Source: an uncultured Spirochaetota bacterium (lineage in GTDB: Bacteria > Spirochaetota > Spirochaetia > SZUA-6 > Fen-1364). Taken from it: a stretch of DNA of 64,000 nt. The notes under the pieces were generated by a model. The model was given only the letters and a program-made list of their open reading frames with translations. It was not told the origin of the DNA and ran no database searches. The DNA lies in assembly GCA_963734545.1 (NCBI GenBank), contig CAVTHO010000004.1:384001-448000 (forward strand), read 5' to 3'. This document shows, one piece after another, positions 58,961 to 64,000 of this stretch. The translations under genes and the position numbers were made by a program. Position 1 is the first letter of the stretch. Every line of letters starts with the position of its first letter.

Positions 58961-59654
58961 AGGCACGAAGTCCTACGACTGGGAGAAGCTGCTGGCGCAC
59001 GCGGCCATCCTCCAGGCCAAGGTACCGAGCGCCATCCTGGTGGGGGGCACCGCTGCTGCCCTGCATGCCGGACACCGCATCTCTTTCGATCACGACCATG
59101 TCCTCAAGGACCTCGCCGCGCACTATGACAAAGCCAATGCCGCGCTGGAATCGATCGCTGGCTGGAGGACGAAGCGCCGAATTCGCGGAAAGCTTGTGCT
59201 GGGCCAAATCGACGGAATCGACGCCGGGCTGAGGAACCAGAGGCGGTCGGCGCCGCTGGAGACAACCTTCATGAAAGCTCCCGGCGGCCGTAATCTCAAG
59301 ATACCCACGATTGAAGAGATGCTGCGGATAAAAGCCTTCCTGCTCGTGGAGCGCAACGCAACCCGCGACTACCTCGATGTGGCGGCGCTCTCCCACCACG
59401 TTGGCACGGCGAAGAGCGTCCTTGCGCTCGAAAGGATGAGGCAGCTGTACGCCGAGTTTGCGGGAGAAGTCGGCGACATCATGATTTCGATTCTCGTGAA
59501 GCTGGGCATGCCCGACCCGTACGACCTCACCGAGGTCGACCTCAACGAGTACAAGGGCATCATCGCTCCCTGGAACGACTGGAGCGCGGTGACGAAACAG
59601 TGCCGCTTGCTCGCGGTTGCGATGGTGAAGAAGGCGCCTCCACGTGCGAAGTAG
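58953..59654 (+). CDS. AbiEii-like nucleotidyltransferase (putative toxin)
   Basis: LVGGTAAALHAGHRISFDHD, K...R...RDYLD. Confidence 0.82.
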   Translation: MAEGTKSYDWEKLLAHAAILQAKVPSAILVGGTAAALHAGHRISFDHDHVLKDLAAHYDKANAALESIAGWRTKRRIRGKLVLGQIDGIDAGLRNQRRSAPLETTFMKAPGGRNLKIPTIEEMLRIKAFLLVERNATRDYLDVAALSHHVGTAKSVLALERMRQLYAEFAGEVGDIMISILVKLGMPDPYDLTEVDLNEYKGIIAPWNDWSAVTKQCRLLAVAMVKKAPPRAK

Positions 59655-59820
59655 CCTGGCAGTACGGCGCCTTTGCTGATTGAGGGGTAGCTGCCCTGCC
59701 GCGAGTAGCTGCTCCGAGGCGCGCGTAGATGTTGGTCTCTTCATCCAGCCGTTAGGCGTGCCCCGCCCGAGGGCAAAGATACCGCGTGCCCAAGTGGGCG
59801 CGCCCGTGACGGCCCTCAGG

Positions 59821-59905
59821 CGGGTCGGGCTGCTACGGGCTCCGCTTCGCTTCGGTCCTCGGACCGCCACGGGGCTTCGCCCCGCAGCGCCCTGCGCATC
59901 CCTCA
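59821..59905. repeat. Multi-hairpin GC-rich element
   Basis: Perfect hairpins CGGTCC-TC-GGACCG (59853-59866) and CGGGGC-TTC-GCCCCG (59870-59884) inside an imperfect outer stem. Confidence 0.55.
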
Positions 59906-60061
59906 CGCGCATGATGCGGTCAGGGTCTCTGCACACTTTTCGGCACAGCAATCTGCAACCAAGACGATATGACTTCCCTTTTCATGAACGCCCCGGTACC
60001 CCAACTTTCGGACAAGGGCGTCAACGACCTTGCGACCGCTGAGGTCATTGGGCAGCTTCAT
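59903..60061 (-). pseudogene. hicA: 3'-truncated HicA toxin
   Basis: MKLPNDLSGRKVVDALVRKLGY...KGSHIVL followed by unrelated sequence. Confidence 0.75.
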
Positions 60062-60279
60062 GACACGCTGAAGACTTCGTCCCGAACGAGGTGGAGTCGA
60101 ATCCGTTCAGGAGGGGAACCATCAAAAAAGAAGGCTGAAACTGCCTCTTTTACGTTCGCTCTGAGCTCTTGCCAGGTGTCAGCTTCAGTGACGATGCTTT
60201 CGCTCAGACATTCCGCGACAAAGCCTCCGTCCTGATCTTGAATCACGTCGAACACAAGCTCGTTGATTCCGGGCTGCAT
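60058..60279 (-). CDS. HicB-like antitoxin
   Basis: ELVFDVIQDQDGGFVAECLSESIVTEADTWQELRANVKEAV; ATGA overlap with hicA. Confidence 0.8.
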   Translation of the reverse strand: MQPGINELVFDVIQDQDGGFVAECLSESIVTEADTWQELRANVKEAVSAFFFDGSPPERIRLHLVRDEVFSVS

Positions 60280-60530
60280 ATGCTCAATCCTACGGGGCAA
60301 TCCCGCTGTTTTCAAGACAAATCCACCTTCATGTCCATCGCCCGTGCAACGACGATAGATTTTCCACCGTATGCTACCGGCTGGTGTACATAGGCGCTTC
60401 ACCCTATTTGCTTCTCGGATTGCGGTCAGATTTGCAGCCATCAACCAGATGGTGCAAGGCAGAGAAACTTGCAGCTATTCTTGCGTCTATCGAAAAGGGT
60501 AAGAATTCGCCCGGCCGGCCGCGCTATCGA

Positions 60531-60755
60531 CTACAGAAGCGAAGCTACCCTCTCAACAGTCAACCCCGTCTCCCGAATGATTGCCCGCAGAGTGCCCTTG
60601 GCGATCTCCTTGTGATTCGGCACGGTGACGCGGCGATAGGGAGGCGAACGGTGGCGCAGAATCATGTGGCTTCCGGTCTGGTGGTCAAGCTCGTATCCGA
60701 GCTTCTGTAGAGCTGCAACCAGCGACTTCCCCGAAACGCGGGGCAGTTTCCTCAG
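60531..60755 (-). CDS. hicA: HicA toxin (CTG start overlapping the hicB stop, or ATG at 60759 with a +1 frameshift)
   Basis: RKLPRVSGKSLVAALQKLGY...TGSHMIL...VTVPNHKEIAKGTLRAII; absent from the ORF track. Confidence 0.8.
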   Translation of the reverse strand: MRKLPRVSGKSLVAALQKLGYELDHQTGSHMILRHRSPPYRRVTVPNHKEIAKGTLRAIIRETGLTVERVASLL

Positions 60756-60964
60756 ACATTCACCTCGACAATTTCCTCGCTGATCGACGGAGGGATGGGA
60801 TCCCCGTGCTTTTTCAGGCTTTCCAGGTATCCCTTGATGGCATCCTGGATATTCTCAAGCGCCAGTTCTCTGGTCCCGCCCTGAGAGATGCATCCCGGCA
60901 GGCTTGGGCATTCCGCAGTGAACTCGCCATCCTCGTCTTCGGCAATAAGGATTCTATAGCGCAA
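60752..60964 (-). CDS. hicB: HicB antitoxin
   Basis: EDEDGEFTAECPSLPGCISQGGTRELALENIQDAIKGYLE. Confidence 0.92.
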   Translation of the reverse strand: MRYRILIAEDEDGEFTAECPSLPGCISQGGTRELALENIQDAIKGYLESLKKHGDPIPPSISEEIVEVNV

Positions 60965-60989
60965 AAGCTTCTCCCGTCTTCCTTTCAAC

Positions 60990-61018
60990 AGCATAAGCTC
61001 CTCCACCGACGCCGTCAA
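60990..61018 (-). promoter_or_regulatory. Sigma70 promoter of hicBA
   Basis: TTGACG-N17-TATGCT. Confidence 0.7.
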
Positions 61019-61347
61019 GAAACCTCCCAATACCGCGCCTGTCACCCCAACTGGGAGGACTCTACCCAAGACGGTCAGGATCCACAAGGGTCAATACGGT
61101 CAATACTGGCCTGGTGCTTGAGATCATCCTGACAAAAATTGCAGATCGCAGCAGACCACTTTCAGGAAAAAGGCTCCTTACGGAGCGGCTGGTTTCTAGA
61201 CAAGATATCAGCATCCTCTAGATGGAGTCCGTCCAGCGTGCCGTGTCGCGCCCCATCATTCAGGGCCGCTTCATCGGTGCCTCGGCCCCCGGGGAAGTTA
61301 GACCGGCCCATACCGCCGTCTCACGCGCTCTCCGCTCTCGGTGATGA

Positions 61348-61757
61348 GTAAGCGGGTGGCGAACCCCACCCGTTGCAGCGGAGCCAGGTAGACCATAGTC
61401 CCTCTTCGAGGAGGGACACGATGAAACACGACCGGAAGTTTTGGGCTCGTCACGTTGAGAGCTGGCGGGCGAGCGGGCTGACACAAAAAGCGTATTGCAC
61501 TCGCCGCCACCTGGCCAAGGGAAGCCTGGGCTACTGGGCATCGACGCTGGGGCGAAAGACGGCAGTGAGGGACCTGGTGGAGGTCGGGCGGACCGAGGTC
61601 AAGCGGCAAAGGTCGAATTGCCCTATCGAGTTGGCTGTCCAGGGTCGGTATCTGCTTCGGCTATGGCCAAGGGTGGACCCGTGCAGCTGCGCGAGGTGCT
61701 CTCGGTGCTGGAGCAGTGCGGATGATCGGCTTGGAGGTCAAAGAGGCGCGGGTTCAG
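61348..61757 (+). mobile_element. IS66-family remnant (left end, frameshifted tnpA, first codons of tnpB)
   Basis: GTAAGCG terminus at 61348; MKHDRKFWARHVESWRASGLTQKAYC from 61421; ATGA-coupled next ORF cut off by the DUF2442 gene. Confidence 0.8.
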
Positions 61758-62012
61758 CTACGTTCGAGAGCGGTCACCCACGCCGAGCAACAGGCCGTCA
61801 ACGCTGATATCCTCGTCTAGGCTCTCCCAATGCAGTCCGCTGCCCCCTCCGCTGATGATGTAGGCTTGGCGTTGCTCATCATTCGCCTTGAGAAGCCGAG
61901 GGAAGTAGGCAAGTGGGACAGAAAGCTGGCGACCGTCAGCCAGAAGCACCCACAGATTGTCAGCGTCGAACCATAGCTTTGTTGCAGAAGCTTCAAGAGC
62001 CGAAACGCTCAT
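61758..62012 (-). CDS. DUF2442 protein (putative antitoxin)
   Basis: LADGRQLSVPLAYFPRL...GLHWESLDEDISVDGLL. Confidence 0.9.
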   Translation of the reverse strand: MSVSALEASATKLWFDADNLWVLLADGRQLSVPLAYFPRLLKANDEQRQAYIISGGGSGLHWESLDEDISVDGLLLGVGDRSRT

Positions 62013-62238
62013 CCCATTTCCTCCTGAATAGGTCCAGGTTGTCTCGTACAACCTGCTCCAAGGAATTAAGCTCTTTAGGTGCCAGACCCCAACTGGACAC
62101 AAGAGAGGGTTCTGGATCCAGCCAGAATTTGGCAACGCTCGCACCCTTGCGGATGTGAACATGCCGACCTTCCAAGGGAGTACCTTCATTTGAAAAGAAA
62201 AAGAACCGATAGCCATTCCACAAAAGGATAGTAGGCAT
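61993..62238 (-). CDS. DUF4160 protein (putative toxin)
   Basis: MPTI...GYRFFFFSNEG...HVHIR...AKFWL. Confidence 0.88.
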   Translation of the reverse strand: MPTILLWNGYRFFFFSNEGTPLEGRHVHIRKGASVAKFWLDPEPSLVSSWGLAPKELNSLEQVVRDNLDLFRRKWDERFGS

Positions 62239-62615
62239 TGCCGCAATTAGTATGCGGCAACGAACCGCGTACGGCAAGTGGCAATCTGAAACGGTGCAGC
62301 GGCTCCGATCAGCATCGCGCTGACTTGCACCAGGCTTTGGCCTATGCATCTCTGGCCGACGTCGCGCAGGTGGACACCCTTCTGCTCTACTCTTCGATGG
62401 GAAGTGAGCCACGTCGGCTCGACACCGTCGCGACCGTGACAAGTGGGCGGCGTCGGGTCAGACTCACCCTTGCTTCCGCGCCGTTCGGCTATCGCAGCCC
62501 CGAGCACGAGAAGATCGACCCCGCGGTTTCCGAGAGTTGCTGGTGGGTCATTCGAACGCCTGTTCCCGGACCAGAGAGGACTGAAATAGCGATGTATGAA
62601 TCTGCTGTGGCAGTC

Positions 62616-62837
62616 CTACGGGGAGACCTGGTAGATTGCGGGTCGGTACTGGGGAGAAGGGACAGGCTTGCCCTCCGCCCGCGCGGCCTCCAGCCACGCC
62701 TGCTTTGCGGCATTCACCTCGCGAAGCGCCTCTTCCGGCGTCGAACCGAACGCGGAGCACGCCTCCAGGTCCGGGATATCCGCGATATAGCCCTCGTCTT
62801 CTTCGCTGTAGAAAATATTGATGTGATAGTCCTTCAT
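62616..62837 (-). CDS. hicB: HicB antitoxin
   Basis: YSEEDEGYIADIPDLEACSAFGSTPEEALRE. Confidence 0.92.
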   Translation of the reverse strand: MKDYHINIFYSEEDEGYIADIPDLEACSAFGSTPEEALREVNAAKQAWLEAARAEGKPVPSPQYRPAIYQVSP

Positions 62838-63088
62838 TTAGTCGCCTCCCAGCCGCAGGTTGTGCCGTTCCACGATCTTGAGGAACTGCCGAATCTGGTA
62901 CGGCTTTGCCTGTCCGTGGACCTCCTGGAAGTTGACGAGCTCCGCGATCCCCGGGTGCACAAACAGGTGATGGCTGCCCCGCACGCGAGACAGGTGGAAC
63001 CCGAAAGCCTCCACGAGCGCAACCGCGTCCGAGAACCGGACGAACGCGGGTTGTTGATGATGCGCGCCAGGAGCTTACGCTTGTCCAC
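62838..63088 (-). pseudogene. hicA: HicA toxin with a frameshift near 63045
   Basis: VDKRKLLARIINNP then, in a shifted frame, VRFSDAVALVEAFGF...RGSHHLFVHPG...AKPYQIRQFL. Confidence 0.8.
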
Positions 63089-63107
63089 GTCTAGAGAGGA
63101 ATGTATC

Positions 63108-64000
63108 ATGGGAGCCTCGTCAAGGGAAACGCTTCCTTTCACCTGGTTGCCCCTCCACTCGAGAAGACTCGGGGGAACGGGCAGCGAATGGGGGAGGCCT
63201 TCTCCTGACAGGCGCAATGAACGGGACGATTGTGACGTACTTCCTTGGTGTTCAGCATCGGCTATCTGCACGTGGAGGTTGCGCACGAACTCAGTTGAAC
63301 GCTCATTTGAGGATGTCCACCTCTCCAGGTTTCTTTCCGTCCGGGACAACTACTCCGGCCACATTGCGGACTTCGCGCGCTACCTCGAGACCAACCACCT
63401 GAGCCTGGGACTTTCTGCTGTGCGAGCATATTTCGCGCATCTCAATGCCTCGCCTCTGGCCGCGGCGACAAAACGAGTGCGCCGCCAGGCGGTAAAGGCC
63501 AGGCTGAGGGCAACTCTCTCAAGCACGGATTTCAACCGGCAGGCACGGCTCGAGATGACGCTGCGATCCTTGGACCATGATAGTGAGACAAAAGCTCCTG
63601 CGGTTGTCACGGTAGCAGTCCCTGAAGAACGGATTGTCACGCAAGAGCAATTTGACCGCCTGGTGTCCGGCACTTCAAAGCGAACCTCGCTATTCCTGTG
63701 GTTTCTGTACAACACCGGGTGCCGCGTGGCGGAAATGTGCGGCGCACGGTTGGACAAATGCGAAGACCTTGAAGACATGGTCAGACTGACGATCACAGGG
63801 AAAGGCAAGAAGGAGCGGAAGGTCGACATCGAGAAGGCCTTGTTGGAAGCCATTCGATCGACTTTTCATGGGGAGACCTACCTTTTCCAGACCCAAGGCG
63901 GCAAACCCTACCGCACAACCTACGTCAGCTATGAGATCACGAAAGCCGGCAGGCGCATCCTCGGGCGTAAAATCTCGGCTCACACCATGCGCCACAGCTT
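63108..64000 (+). CDS. Tyrosine recombinase/integrase (copy B, 3' end beyond window; start uncertain)
   Basis: Open frame FEDVHLSRFLSVRDNYSGHI...[23 protein letters not shown]...GKGKKER...SAHTMRHS; clearly paralogous to copy A. Confidence 0.9.
   Translation, partial: MGASSRETLPFTWLPLHSRRLGGTGSEWGRPSPDRRNERDDCDVLPWCSASAICTWRLRTNSVERSFEDVHLSRFLSVRDNYSGHIADFARYLETNHLSLGLSAVRAYFAHLNASPLAAATKRVRRQAVKARLRATLSSTDFNRQARLEMTLRSLDHDSETKAPAVVTVAVPEERIVTQEQFDRLVSGTSKRTSLFLWFLYNTGCRVAEMCGARLDKCEDLEDMVRLTITGKGKKERKVDIEKALLEAIRSTFHGETYLFQTQGGKPYRTTYVSYEITKAGRRILGRKISAHTMRHS

Noticed and set aside
57092-64000. Classical integron
   Set aside because: The integrases lack the IntI-specific insertion; GTTRRRY heptamers at 59751 and 61297 have no convincing RYYYAAC partner; modules lie in both orientations

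Overview
GC-rich bacterial chromosomal window (roughly 60-65% GC by eye; taxonomy not determinable from the sequence alone). No rRNA, tRNA or CRISPR array was recognised. 1-7.8 kb: a giant secreted Ig-like repeat protein on the minus strand that runs off the window, containing about 8 near-identical 375-bp tandem repeats and 3 single-base frameshifts. 8-25 kb: mixed regulators, stress and housekeeping genes (AraC, DUF5996, UBP-type Zn finger, rhodanese, orphan ParB-like, DinB, 7TM-GGDEF-EAL, TetR/DUF998, DMT/Crp, VOC, M16 peptidase). 25-32 kb: SorC-regulated sugar ABC + SIS + PfkB operon. 32.7-34.5 kb: Rieske-less split cytochrome b operon. 35-38.4 kb: translationally coupled cytoplasmic thermolysin-like (M4) metallopeptidase + MBL-fold hydrolase pair, the best candidate for an undescribed protease-nuclease conflict/defence system. 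38.4-40.6 kb: Phd-VapC + DUF4143 ATPase islet bracketed by a 34-bp duplication of the 3' end of an SDR gene. 41-56 kb: mixed metabolic genes, a MerR + VIT-vWA operon and an ECF sigma cluster. 56.4-64 kb: two paralogous, divergently oriented tyrosine recombinases with a dense toxin-antitoxin cluster between and beside them (mazEF, mazF remnant, HTH + AbiEii-like NTase, three hicAB-type pairs, DUF4160/DUF2442) and an IS66 remnant. Scattered single-base frameshifts may be long-read errors. Several larger gene remnants (SRPBCC, VOC, PBP1C, retropepsin) look like real deletion scars. Family assignments come from motif recognition, not database searches.
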